DNA of 64,000 nt from Octopus vulgaris (GCA_951406725.2 OX597816.1:68014001-68078000), one strand, 5' to 3'; positions 40,441 to 53,965 are shown, counted from the stretch's first letter. Notes: a model not told the origin generated them from the letters alone. Made by a program: numbers and translations.

Positions 40441-41531
40441 TATTTATTTATATATATATTTATTTATTTGTATATATATATATGCATACATATAGTTGAA
40501 TTGAAGGTTATGCATAAAACTTATTCCTACTTATTGACATTCACATTTCACACTTTCAGTTCATTTATCTAAGAGGCCTGACCTGTTTCTATGCAGTACT
40601 TAACCCTAGGAATACATACAAGCATACATACATACAAGCATACATACATACAAACGCACGTACGCACGCGCATACATACACATATCACATATTGCAATTT
40701 CAATTTCAGTATATTTAATTAAAACTGATTACTTCTCATTTACTTATATTTATTTCTGCAAATCATATATATAACAATTACATACGTACGTAAACACAAA
40801 TTTACATATATTCACATATACATGCATACATACATACGTACATGCAAACAATATATTTATATGTATACATGCATACTGACAAACATAGATATAATCACAT
40901 ACACAGACACATATGATTTATAGAAATAATACAAAATAAGTGAATTAGTTAAAAGTAATCAGTTTTAATCATATAGATTGAAACCGGGATTAATTTAACG
41001 TAATGTATTGCAACGTATGATTGAAAATCCGTTTTAACTGCAGAACAGTTTTTCCATTGTGTATTATAACTAGTTTGTTAGAAGGCGATTAAGCCTGTCA
41101 ATGTTTCTAAGTACATGTCTGCGTTTTATATATTAGTGGGAAGAGGAACAAAGAACATTACCCCTGACCCTTCGACGTCAGTCTATGATTTACTTAACGT
41201 TTTGTTAACAAGAAATTGAGCTTCATGTTGCTAGCGTTCAGTTTTATTTTCTGCGAGTTAAGGATGTTTGCAATAAAAAAATTATATAGGAAGCTTAGAT
41301 AAAGAATGTATAAAGGTTACAGATCGGAGGAAGCATTGTTGGAGAAAAAAAATATAGCGATTCCCTTTTATCTTTTATTTATTTATTTTTACTTGTATAC
41401 GGGTGACTCTCAAGAGTCAAGGCTATTGAACATTTTAGGAAAATAAAAATAAGAAATAAGTGGAAAGTTTACCGGTGAGTGTGTTAAATTATAAGGCACA
41501 AGAAAGAAAATGACTCTCCCCAGACACAACA

Positions 41532-41584
<53 letters not shown>

Positions 41585-41590
41585 TATGTA

Positions 41591-41637
<47 letters not shown>

Positions 41638-42028
41638 AAACGTATACATGTATGCGTGATACATATGTGTAGATACACACATATATATCTGATATGCACC
41701 TCTGACTATACTTATGAAAACTCGATCGATTCTCCAGCGGTCATCGATGACGAATTTTCAGCTGTTCGACTGAAGGAATTTCTCGTTAAATGAATATGCA
41801 AAGGACTGAGTATTCGCAGACTTCTGCAGGCACATTTTGTCTTCACTGCAGTTTCCAGTTGGAATCGCGAACCAGTTCTATTTATCTTTTAAAAAAAAAC
41901 TACCCCAATTAAATGTTCGAGTTTTTATTTGTTTTTGTCTATTCTTATTATTTGCTTTAGTTATTTGTCACTTTGAGTTTCTTATTTTCCGACTGCCTAA
42001 TCAAGCATACTTTCACAACTTAATTTAC

Positions 42029-42086
<58 letters not shown>

Positions 42087-42089
<3 letters not shown>

Positions 42090-44501
42090 GCAAACGTGGA
42101 TCGTCTTTACCTTCCCAGAGCTCAGAGAGGTCGAGGTTTGATCCAGCTTGAACTTTTTCAAGCAGGTTAACATTCCTGCTTCCAAAAAGTGAAGAAACAA
42201 ATGAACCAAAAAACTATAGACCCATAACCTGCTTAACAACTATGTACAAAACGCTAACATCTGTCCTGACGGAATATACTTACAGTTTTTTAACAGACAG
42301 CAGCATATTCCCTAATGAATCAACTACTCATCAATATGAATCAACTACTCATCAATATTCCCTAATGAATCAACTACTCATCAATAAGATGATCTTAGAA
42401 GATTGTCACAAACGACACAAAAACTTATCAATAGCCTGGATAGACTATAAAAAGGCTTTTGATAGCCTACCACATAGCTGGATTAGGAAATGCCTGGAAA
42501 TGTATAAGATAGCACCTACTCTGCGAAACTTTTTGACTGTAAGTATGAGATCATGGGGAACCACACTAACTCTGAACAGTGACAATGAATCCCTAAATGC
42601 TGGTGATGTAAAAATTTCGTGTGGCATTTTCCAGGGTGACTCACTGTCACCACTCCTCTTTTGTTTAGCCTTAATACCTCTCTCAAAACTGCTCAATGAC
42701 GCGCAGTACGGGTATAAAATGTTTGATAAAAATATAAATCATCTCATTTACATGGATGATTTAAAGCTGAAAAAAATGACCAACAACTCAAAGGCTTACT
42801 AGCGATAGTCAAACAATTCAGTGACGACATCAGAATGCAATTCAGCCTCGATAAATGTGTAAAAGCTACCTTTATCAAAGGAAAAATGACAGAAACATCT
42901 AACGTTAACCTTGACCAGCAGAATGTCATAAAAGAACTAGACCCAGCGGAGAGCTACAAGTACCTAGGGGTAATTGAAGGGAACGGAATAAGGCATTCAG
43001 AGATGAAGGAAAGGATCAGGAGAGAATGCTATCGAAGAGTGAGAGCAATACTCAAGACAGAGCTGAATGCAAGAAACAGGATTGAAGCGATCAATGCATT
43101 AGCCATACCAGTCGTGACTTACAGTTTCAATATCGTTAACTGGTCAATTACTGAAATATGTCAGCTCGACAGAAAAATAAGAAAACCGTTGACAATGCTT
43201 AGAATGCACCACCCTAAGGCAGATATAGAACGACTTTATCTGCCAAGAAAAGAGGGAGGCCGTGGTCTTTTGCAATTGGAAATAACAATGAAGATTGCTA
43301 CAATTGGCCTAGACACCTACCTGAAAAAGTCTGAGGACTGGATGTTAAAACTTGTCTCAAAACATGAAAACAAGAAAGCATCATACTCAGTAACAAAACA
43401 GGCAAAGGAATATCTAAGTGAATTCCGAATACATCAAATTTTGGAATTAGAGATAGACATACAAGAAACAAGCACAGAAAAAGCTAGGCGCATGAAAACC
43501 CGTGCCAAAACTGCGGCCTTAGATATTCTGAATAATAAATGGCAAGAAAAACCTCTCTATGGCAAATAACCAAAGAGAGCGAATAATGCAGATATTGACA
43601 AAGCCCTGACCCATCAATGGCTAATGGCCTCTGGCTTAAAATCTGAAACAGAAGGGTTTATCATAGCAGCTCAAGATCAATGCCTACCAACAAGAAACTA
43701 CCAGGCCAACATAGTAAAGAACGGCAGTAGCCCAACATGTCGTGTATGCCGACAACAAAATGAAACCATTGATCATGTTGTCTCCAAATGCAGTCTTCTA
43801 GCGCCTACAGAGTACCTCAACAGGCATGATAGAGCTGCACAATATATTCACTGGGTAATTTGCAAAAACCTGGATTTGCCCCATGAAAAAAACTAGTGGG
43901 AACACAATCCACCTCCAGTGCTTGAAAATGACCACATCTCACTCCTCTGGAACTTCACCATTCAAACTGACAGAAAGATAGATGCAAATAGGCCAGACAT
44001 CATATTGAAAGACTTCAGACAAAGAACATGCCTCCTCATTGATATGACTGTCCCAATCGATATAAACGTACCTGTCAAGACCTACCAAAAACTGAGCAAA
44101 TATAAATATCTTGAAATAGAAATCAGCAAAATGTGGAACCTGAAGACTAAAACAATACCTGTTGTCATAGGTGCCCTGGGAATGATAGCGAAATGGGCTG
44201 ATTGCTACCTAACTCAGATACCAGGAAGCCCCAAAATGGCAGAAATTCAAAAGATAGTGCTCATGGGAACTGCTCATATCCTACGCAAAATACTCTCTAT
44301 GTAATCCCAAGGTTTAAAACAAACTTTTTTTTTTTTTAAATTTATGTATTAGACATTCACTAGTACAACACCAAAAATCCCCCAAATATATGGCACACTA
44401 GGCATAACAACAACGTGAACTTCCAACCTGTTGTCTCTTGAGGTCTCTGGGTGAGACTTGGAGCCAACTTGTACGGACATAAAGCAAAAGTCAAACATAG
44501 A
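42087..44501 (+). mobile_element. 5'-truncated R4/Dong-clade non-LTR retrotransposon inserted in (TAA)n
   Basis: RT motifs NYRPITCL, WIDYKKAFDS, GIFQGDSLSP, YMDD; CRVC..ETIDHVVSKC zinc knuckle; RHD, NRPDII, LIDMTVP, KY RLE motifs; (TAA)n at 42033-42088 and 44502-44537. Confidence 0.93.
42167..44304 (+). pseudogene. Reverse transcriptase plus RLE endonuclease ORF, disrupted
   Basis: ORFs 42242, 42835, 43624 and 43918 join after a frameshift near 42770 and stops at 43567 and 43894. Confidence 0.93.
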
Positions 44502-44537
<36 letters not shown>

Positions 44538-45318
44538 CTATTTTTCCACCCAAAAAGAAAACGAAAAATTCATTTTATTTAAGACATTCTATTCAACGCT
44601 GTACCACTTGTTATAATTTGCCACCTTTAATTTAAAGAAGATAAAAATATCTAATCTTTGTGTAATGATAAATATTTCCATTTTAATAAACTATTTCCAA
44701 GCGCTGTTGCACTTGTTAACATATAAATATATATAGACTGACTTATATAATATAATGTAATGTTATGTTATATAATTTAATATAGTATAATTAAATATGC
44801 GCAGAATCGGTACACAATTAATTTATTCTTAATTTTCCAGATGTGTTTAGAGCGCAATATTATTGTTATTGAACAGAGAAAGAAATTACGGAAGTGTTTT
44901 GAGGACGAGAGGCTTTTCCGGTTGTTAATCCCGTCGCTTAATTTGCAATAAGCGTACCAGATTAGTTGACCTGAAGTGACGTTAATGTCATATCACGTCT
45001 TTAACATTGTGGTGTTTAAATTGATTAAGCAATACCTCAATCTAGAAAAAGTACGTGTGTGTGTGCGTATGTGTGTGTTCGAGTGTGTGCATGTGTATGT
45101 GTGCACTTATATACCTGCTGTGTATGTATGTATGTATGTATGTATGTATGTATGTATGTATGTATGTAGTTATGTATGTATGTATGTATGTATATATTCT
45201 CACGCATGTACATTTATTTAGTGCTCAAGAAAGTCCTCTGTGTTATTTTCTGCCAGCCGTTGTGTTGGTATTGGGACTGATAAACCGAAATACATGGGTG
45301 CTTGCTTAAAGAATTCCC

Positions 45319-45414
<96 letters not shown>

Positions 45415-45491
45415 GTATGAGTGGTGTATATAAATGTATGTATGTATGCATCCGTGTGTGTGTGTATATATATATGTATGTCTATATATAT

Positions 45492-45703
45492 CTCTTTTAC
45501 TCTTTTACTTGTTTCAGTCATTTGATTGCGGTCATGCTGGAGCATCGGCTTTAAAGCAATCGACCTCAGGACATATTCTTTGTAAGCCTAGTACTTATTC
45601 TCTTTTGCCGAAGCGTGAAGTTACGGGGACATAAACACACCAGCATCGGTTGTCAAGCGATGTTGGGGGGACAGACACAGACACACAAATACGCACACAC
45701 ACA

Positions 45704-45776
<73 letters not shown>

Positions 45777-45926
45777 TTAGATACGACGGGTTTCTTTCAG
45801 TTTCCGTCTACCAAACCACTCACAAGGCTTTGGTCGGCCCGAGGCTATAGTAGAAGACACTTGCCCAAAGTGCCACGCAGTGGGACTGAACCCGGAACCA
45901 TGTAGTTGGTAAGCAACTCCTGCGCC
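45492..45926 (-). mobile_element. SINE family A copy
   Basis: Reverse complement of the consensus with small deletions. Confidence 0.9.
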
Positions 45927-46029
45927 TATATATATATAGGGCCAATCAAACAAGTCCATTTCTTTTTAAAGGTGTAGCGTTTGTAAGAGTATAGATTGAA
46001 TTGATATATCAGTTCCATTCTAGCAAAAA

Positions 46030-46067
46030 CTGTCTGATGAACGGGAACGAGAAACTCAGAGTAACAG
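46030..46067 (+). ncRNA. Minimal type I hammerhead ribozyme (GUA site)
   Basis: CTGT-CTGATGA-aCG(ggaa)CGa-GAAA-CTC(a)GAG-TA-ACAG, then AATAAA near 46094; 10.1-11.1 is an A-A mismatch. Confidence 0.75.
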
Positions 46068-46285
46068 ATTTTGTTGAATTTTCTGCTGCTTAAAATAAAG
46101 CATATTACTCTACCACTGGTATTTGAGTACTCTTTTTTCCACCTTGTTTCACATTTATGTGTTTACTCCGGTATATATATATATATATATAATGACGAAT
46201 AATGAAGCTGCAAAATTGTGTTGATAATTTAGGTGCATACTTTGATTGACTGCATTGCTTTTTGCTGAGATATCCACCTTCCATT

Positions 46286-46324
<39 letters not shown>

Positions 46325-46959
46325 CATTTGAAAACAGTCCATGGCTCCCAGGAAGACTTTACAGGATACAAAATTCATGCGAACAGATTTCAAAGATTTT
46401 GTTTTGATTAAAAAGACTGTTCACCAGTTTGTTTTAGCCATCAAGACTAAGTCCAACACAGCTTTCGAACAGTACAAAAACGATACAAAATTATGTTCAG
46501 ATGACATTATTTATTTTGGAACATTTTTTTAGTTATTACATTACAAGAAAAAGATAAAATAAAAAATATAATAAAAATATGAAAGAACCCCGCCTCTTAT
46601 TCAAATTATAAAAAGTTACAGCTGCTTTTTCACCATAAATAACAGCGTATATCTCAAGTCTTAGGTGCGAGAATATGTCGCTCTACAGTAACCGTTAGTT
46701 ACATTAGAAACGTGCTAACGAGGGAGTTTCTATATAGTTACTGGATATGCCAGAAATAGTACATCAAATCTCTTCCTTAAATCAATCAGTACACCTTAAG
46801 AAAGTGAAGGGCACATTGGATAGTGTAGTCTTGCATATACTGTATCTGAAAAACGGTGGGATGTTTACAACTTGAAAGTAAGTCTTTGATTATATGCGTT
46901 GTTATGCTGCGTTAGGGTTGGTTGATGTAGGGTTAAAAAAAAATATCAATCGTTTAAAT

Positions 46960-47104
46960 CTGGTACGGACAACCTTTTTCGAGAAGCGGGCCACATTAAA
47001 CATGGCTCATCATTAGGCGGGTTGCACTACTAAAAAAACTCAAGGTAATTTTTCTTTGACGTGCTGTTCAGAAAGTCTCATGGGCCGCACTTTGCCCCTC
47101 ACTG
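46960..47104. mobile_element. hAT-type MITE (related fragments at 25538-25620 and 21325-21370)
   Basis: gtttaaat / gtttagat 8-bp flanks; shared gaagcgggcc...acatggctcat...aggcggg..gcact body. Confidence 0.6.
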
Positions 47105-47696
47105 GTTTAGATAAAGCACCGGGTCTCTAATAACTTGTTCAAAGTTTACTCATTATTATTATCAAAATAAGGTATTATTTTTTAAATCTCAAATTTGATA
47201 GGAAGTTTTACATTCGTAGACTGAACACACTGTTCAGTCACTGTACTACAGCCATATGTTATGTGCAATAAGATGAGGATGTCATATTTAATAGTTACTT
47301 TAGAAATAAAAAAAAATGGACGCTAAATGGTCGTCGTTCGAGGACATTTGAGTAGAAATAATATTTAATGTAGATTACTATTTTGCTATCTGCTGTTCGA
47401 CGTAGTCGAAACTGAATTTTTGGCTTTGTTTGGACCACATTCGGATTAGATAGACCATGGACATTTCTTTCCAAACCAGTTTTAGCTGTAGCTTACTTTA
47501 ATTTCTGCGAATTATAGAGAAACCAACATTCTCAAGCAAATAATTTCATTAAAATGTAATTTATCTAATATCTTTTAGACACCACAAAAGAATCTTAACT
47601 TAGAGTAGCAAGAGAAAGAGACTAACTTGGCCAAAATATATTATTAATCTCTACTATGATATAAAGTACTCTATTATCGACAGCGGACACTAAATG

Positions 47697-47765
<69 letters not shown>

Positions 47766-47901
47766 TTTTACTCTTTATCTTTTATTAAACTTTTAATACT
47801 TTTGATATATATTTAAAATAATATAAATTAAATTAATTTTATGTATTGGCTTATGTTTTTCATTGTTTGATTTGCCTAATAGTGGTTTTATCTCTAATTT
47901 A

Positions 47902-47952
<51 letters not shown>

Positions 47953-48020
47953 GTGTGTGTGTGTGTGTGTATGTGTGCGTGTGTTGGTGAGTGGGAGGTT
48001 GGTGGGTGCTTAGTCTGTGT

Positions 48021-48051
<31 letters not shown>

Positions 48052-48100
48052 ATATATATGTTTCTCTCCGTTTTTCTCTCTCCTTGTTTCTTTCTGTGTT

Positions 48101-48138
48101 CCTTTCTGTGGAAGAGCGTAGGCTCGAAACGTAAATGA
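48101..48138 (+). ncRNA. A6U hammerhead-like motif (copy 2)
   Basis: CCTTT-CTGTGGA-A-GAGC(gtag)GCTC-GAAA-CGTA-AATGA. Confidence 0.5.
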
Positions 48139-48459
48139 CTTTTTCAATTCCTGAGCATTATACTAATACAGCTGTTTGTTTTCTACACCACCTGTCTTCG
48201 TCTTTTGTTTTTTTTCGTGAATTTTCCCTATATATATATATACATAAAACATATAATACATACTCATGTGCGCATGCGTGTACACACACACGCGCGCGCA
48301 CACACTCCTCTTTTACTTGTTTCATTTATTTGACTGCGGCTATGCTGGAGCACCGGTTGACAGTCGGAAAGTGAATACTTCACAACATAGTAGAGATTAG
48401 TAATATAACATTTCGATCGAGTCAGTTTCTTGCTATTCTGAGTTACAACTCTGTCATAA

Positions 48460-48507
48460 CTTGCTTGAAGACCCCATGAACCCACAAGTGAAACTCAGAG
48501 TAGTAAG
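48460..48507 (+). ncRNA. Degenerate hammerhead of the 39180-39395 family
   Basis: CTTGC-TTGAAGA-(unpaired stem II)-GAAA-CTC(a)GAG-TA-GTAAG, AATAAA at 48513; inverted partial copy at 48360-48448. Confidence 0.55.
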
Positions 48508-48693
48508 CCAGAAATAAAACACACACACACACACATACACACACACTTACACACACACCTACACACACACACAAATATATATATATACATATATATTTAT
48601 ATATATATATATAAAATATATATGTGTGTGGCGATATCGTTTTTTAACTTTTAACTTTACTGATATATGTGGCTTGTCTTTATCAACTTAAAG

Positions 48694-48750
<57 letters not shown>

Positions 48751-48777
48751 AAGGCAATGCTAGTTATATGTGCGATA

Positions 48778-49334
48778 TTAACTCAGAATGCTCTGATCAT
48801 TGCTACGCGTCCTATTTATTACTGGTCCTTTTTCTCCAAGTTCTCCTTCACAATTTGGAATGTTCATAAGGGCACCTGACGCCATTATATAAGGACCTCC
48901 TCCAAGTACATTCGGTACATTCGGATCAAATGCCACTGGCAAGCCATTGAGGAAAGAACTAGCGTAGGAATGAGCAAAGATCGGGTAAGGCTGAGGCACT
49001 ATCTGTTTAAAAGTAGTGTTAGGATGTTGCGTTTGGAGGCAGTTACTGGGATATGGAACATTAGGAAACATCATATGATGATGGTGATGGTAATGGTGAG
49101 AAGCTAGAGGCGTGTCGCTGAGAGTGGTGCTTGTCCCCCTTCCGTTTGTATCTGAACTGGTGCTGCATATAGGACGAGTGGGAATGCTTAAGTGAACAGC
49201 TGCTTGTTTTTGGAGTGTATTGACACCGTTAGCAAGAGATGATTCGCTGTAGAAATTCCATTGATCTAAAGAAGGCACTGCGGGTAACATCTGAGAATCC
49301 TGGACAATTGGGTTGTTGACATTGGAAAACGACA
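48778..49334 (-). CDS. Probable terminal coding exon of an unidentified host gene (Ser/Pro/His-rich, low complexity)
   Basis: About 185 open codons of unique sequence; acceptor ctcctctctttcgtttcag at 49335; phase 1; HHYHHHHH tract; TAA stop. Confidence 0.65.
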
Positions 49335-49612
49335 CTGAAACGAAAGAGAGGAGATGATTCACTGATCAAATAATGTAGAAGACGAATATTAAAACAAAGT
49401 TAAAAAGTATGAGAAAATGATGGTTGATTATGATCCTCTATGAGATAACTTGGCTGGCTAGAAACAATAACCAGTATCAATTTAAAGGGACAAGGATCCA
49501 ATGAATTCTATTTTAATGGAACAGTCTGAAACAATTTCATTTTTATATCGACGAACCGCTGACATCAAAGCTTTGGTTGTTTGTAAGTATGATTATGTAC
49601 ATGCATATATGT

Positions 49613-49703
<91 letters not shown>

Positions 49704-49810
49704 GTTAATCCAAACAAGAAAACACAAAAAACAAAAAAAAAAACACAGCAACGCGAGGACGTGGAACAAATAAAGTATTATTGGACGCTCAGGAAAGAAG
49801 GGAAGAAGGA

Positions 49811-50040
49811 GGGTGCCCCCTCGTTATCGAGTATGGCCATTGCACGAAGCTTAACTGTTACTGGTGCTGTGATCGAATGTGAATTTTTAGCCCAGCTAAA
49901 GATCAACAATGTCTTGTACAGAATTGGCAACTAAAACCTTTACCGGTAATAGCTGGCTGTAGTTGTAACTGGGCTTCATGTACCTTTGCATGTCGTTTAA
50001 GTCCTCCTGCCGAATTACACTCTCTTCCACATGCCCAACA
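49811..50040 (-). mobile_element. RTE-like LINE 3' end with two C2H2 zinc fingers
   Basis: CWACGRECNSAGGLKRHAKVH...CQFCTRHC*SLAGLKIHIRSQHQ* then a gccatactcgataacgaggg stem-loop. Confidence 0.7.
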
Positions 50041-50887
50041 GATATATATATATATACACCTACATACATACACAAACACACACACACACACACACACGCA
50101 TATATATAATAATAATATGAGGGAATATTATTCCAAACTTACAGGGAAAAATTCAATTTAGAAATACTAAATCAAATTTCACAAAATATAATATATATAT
50201 ATATAATCACACCACATTATTTTATGGTTAATACCATAAAGATTTCTGGTGCATCTAAGTTAAGTACCGCATTCATGTGAATTCATTGTAACTCACTTGA
50301 ATCTTAATTGTTTTTACTGAAATCATATATATATATATATAAATTTGAAAAAACATCACCTTTTATCAATCCAATAATGAAAAAATTAAATTATACCATT
50401 TAGAAAAATTACGTCTTATAGAAAGATTAAATATAAGATAAAACATATAACAATGATTAAATAATGTGCAAAATAATAAATAAAACTTATATATTTGGTA
50501 ATGTAGCTAGTTCTATAATCTCTGGAAGAGATGTAAGTAGTAACTCTACTGAAAAGTACTGTTTGTTGCCACTTCGAAATGGTTGTTCCGTATGGAACAA
50601 CGTTACTACTCTTTTTTAACCCCAGCAGAACACCCCCTCCAGCGGGTTAACGACACAATATCTGTGTCTGATACATTGCATCTCCCATCTAGCGGCAACA
50701 AGGTCTGTAGTTCAGCTGGTTTCAGGATCTCATGCTTCTTCAGTACTGGTACACCTGCCCGCTGGAAATGGCAGTCGTTCGTCCCAGTTCGCAATATATA
50801 AATGAATAAGCGACACACAGACCCTGATCTTGCAACAAACAAAGTTGTTTGTTCTACAATCTGCATAATATATATATATATATATAT

Positions 50888-51485
50888 ATACATGTGTATA
50901 TTTAAAGGGCTAAAAAACCACTAAGTGGTCAGCCGTATGCTAGAATTAGATCACCTACGATCAAACTACAAAGAAAAGAATGTTCTCTAGAGAAAAATTC
51001 ACCGGACACTAGAACAATATGCGGGCAAGACAGATGAAAATTATATAAAAAACAAGAATTACTCGCAGACCGGCGGTTTCGCCTATTAACGAATGAATCA
51101 CTTACGTAATCCCTCGTCCGTAGGCTCGTCAGTACGATCGTTCCAAAGGTAATATAATTTGTAAAACTAACCACCAGTTTTCCGTATAAAAACAGACACG
51201 TGCTTAGTTTCACCGATTACATTGGGGTTAATTTCAAATGTCTGAGTTCTGGCGCGCTAAAATTCCGGAAACAAAATCTGCAGTAAATAATTTACTGCAG
51301 TTAATGCTGCCTATTAGAGAACATATTTATTTTAACATTTAAATAATGAGGGAGATAAATTGAATATTAATTTAATTAATATCAATTTAAAACCAGTAGC
51401 CTAGCATACAAAAATCTGAAAAATCAGAGAAAATTCTAATACATGTGTATATTTAAAGTGCTAAGAAACCACTAAGTGGTCAGCC

Positions 51486-51489
<4 letters not shown>
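50888..51489 (-). mobile_element. Non-coding 551-bp unit with 51-bp terminal redundancy (retrozyme or PLE pLTR)
   Basis: atacatgtgtatatttaaag..ctaa.aaaccactaagtggtcagccgtat at 50888 and 51439; (TA)n on both flanks; contains a hammerhead. Confidence 0.8.
51063..51137 (-). ncRNA. Canonical type I hammerhead ribozyme (GUC site)
   Basis: TCGTA-CTGACGA-GCCTA...TAGGC-GAAA-CCG(c)CGG-TC-TGCGA; all core positions canonical, three stems; cut predicted between 51068 and 51067. Confidence 0.88.
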
Positions 51490-51547
<58 letters not shown>

Positions 51548-51687
51548 TCGAGAAGAACCACCATGTAGCAATTCAACAATGATAAACTTAGATCATACCA
51601 TATAGAAAAAAATTAAAGATATGATAAAATATTAACCTAGAACTAAATAAAGTACGAACTAATAAATAAATGGTATATAATATTCCC

Positions 51688-51822
<135 letters not shown>

Positions 51823-51827
51823 CTATG

Positions 51828-51859
<32 letters not shown>

Positions 51860-52562
51860 TATGTATGCATATATATTTATGTATATATGTATGTATGTAT
51901 ATATATATATGTATATATGTATGTATATATGTGTGTATGTACGTGCGTGTATGTTTGTGTGTTTATGCTTTCATACTGCGCATACATTCCTATGACTATG
52001 TAATTGTGTTGGGTGCGCGGGCTGTGGAGTGAGGTGGGGAAACGACAGGGACGGTTGTCTGCACCGTAACGCGTGCGTACCTGTGAGCACGCGACAAACA
52101 CGTGTGTCCATGTGTCAGGAAACAAAAGCAACAAAAAAGGTAAAAAAAAAAGTAAAAAGAGAAACCCCGTAAGAGTGCTTTGTACTATTTACATTCACCA
52201 AAAACTGCCATTAAAAAACGTACAGCAACCACCAGCCAGCCAGCCAACCAACTAAACCCCTACGTGAGTGTTGTACAAATATGACCCTTACGATTTGACA
52301 CCTCGATTGATTCCTCTTTCTATCGTCCCACCTATTTAAGAACACTTAAATCTTTACTTTGTCCTCTTGTAAAGTTATTTATCATGTCTTTATCATGTTT
52401 CCTCTTAGTTACCTGGCAACGCACACATTCTTGGTATATTCTTTCCCGTTTGAGCCACCGAGAAAAGCATCACTCTATGCAGTCTACCCATCTGCTAGAA
52501 ATAACAGTCAAGACTTCTTCAGATCACACAATACTGTCTTAAAAAAAAAATTATAAGATGTA

Positions 52563-52776
52563 CGAGGTGCTGACAAGTTCCTGCCTTTGAGTAAAAGAAA
52601 ATATAGGAGTATTAGTTAATTATGATTTTATTCAATAAATTCCCCTCTCAGATTCACACACTTATTGCAGAAGTCCTTCAATTTTTTCTAAGCCCTGTGA
52701 AAGAAATCGGAAGTTTGGGTCTCCAACCAGGCATTTCGCGACACCTTTAAAACCAAGAACTTCTCAGCACCCCTCT
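52563..52776 (-). mobile_element. Mariner-derived MITE, copy 1
   Basis: TIRs cgaggtgctgacaagttcctg / aagaacttctcagcacccctc, TA flanks. Confidence 0.8.
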
Positions 52777-52792
52777 TATGTATGTATATATC

Positions 52793-53176
<384 letters not shown>

Positions 53177-53814
53177 TATATAAAATTATGTAATGCAAGA
53201 TGGCAGCGATGGCGAGTGATTTAACTCCTGCTAGCGATGTAAACAAGCCTGCTTATATGCATCAAAGACTCATATGGGAGGTTCTCTCATGATAACTGTC
53301 GCAGTATTCTGTGTTCTAACACAACATCCACTTTTAAGTAGGAATAAATATTACCATAAGACTGAATGCTCGTAGCTGGAGCACCTTTGATTATAGACCT
53401 GCTCAGGCAGGATTTTACCTGAGTGTAAACAAAAATAAATAAATAAATGTATAACTAAATAAATAACATGAAAGACAATACCCTCCAACGTATTTAAGAA
53501 ATTTAATCTTTTACTACCGAGTCTTGTAAATTTTTGCCTTTCTCTTCTTTTTGCTTAAGTACCTGTCAATGCACACATTCTTCCTTTGACTGTAAGGTTT
53601 GACAGTTTGCCAGCTGACAATTCTACATTCTTGCTAGTTTATGCTAACTTTGTTTGCCTTCATTATGTACTCCTTAATTAGGCTTAGAATATCTATGTCT
53701 AAAATAAGTTGTTCTCGAAAGTGTTTTAAAATTGCTTAAAAAGTACTTAATTATTTGACGTCGTAGGAATTTAAAAACTTCTAGAGAACGTGAACGTTTG
53801 TTTTTTCTGGAGCA

Positions 53815-53965
53815 GTGGAACTCGAAGCAGATAAAGCTATAAATAATAGTGTGTAAATACTGGGTTTAAAAACCCTTTGAATTTCGACTTTTTCCGTCTA
53901 AAGCGGTTTTTTAAACCCAGTAATTATATGCTATTATTTATAGCTTTATTTATTTCGTGTCCCAC
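53815..53965. repeat. Foldback inverted repeat (about 60-bp arms)
   Basis: ataaagctataaataatag..tactgggtttaaaaacc versus ggttttttaaacccagta..ctattatttatagctttat; related sequence at 56850-56940. Confidence 0.85.

Noticed and set aside
49858-50040. C2H2 zinc-finger gene exon
   Set aside because: No splice acceptor, an in-frame stop, no TGEKP linker, and it is followed by an RTE-type 3' stem-loop; better explained as a LINE end.
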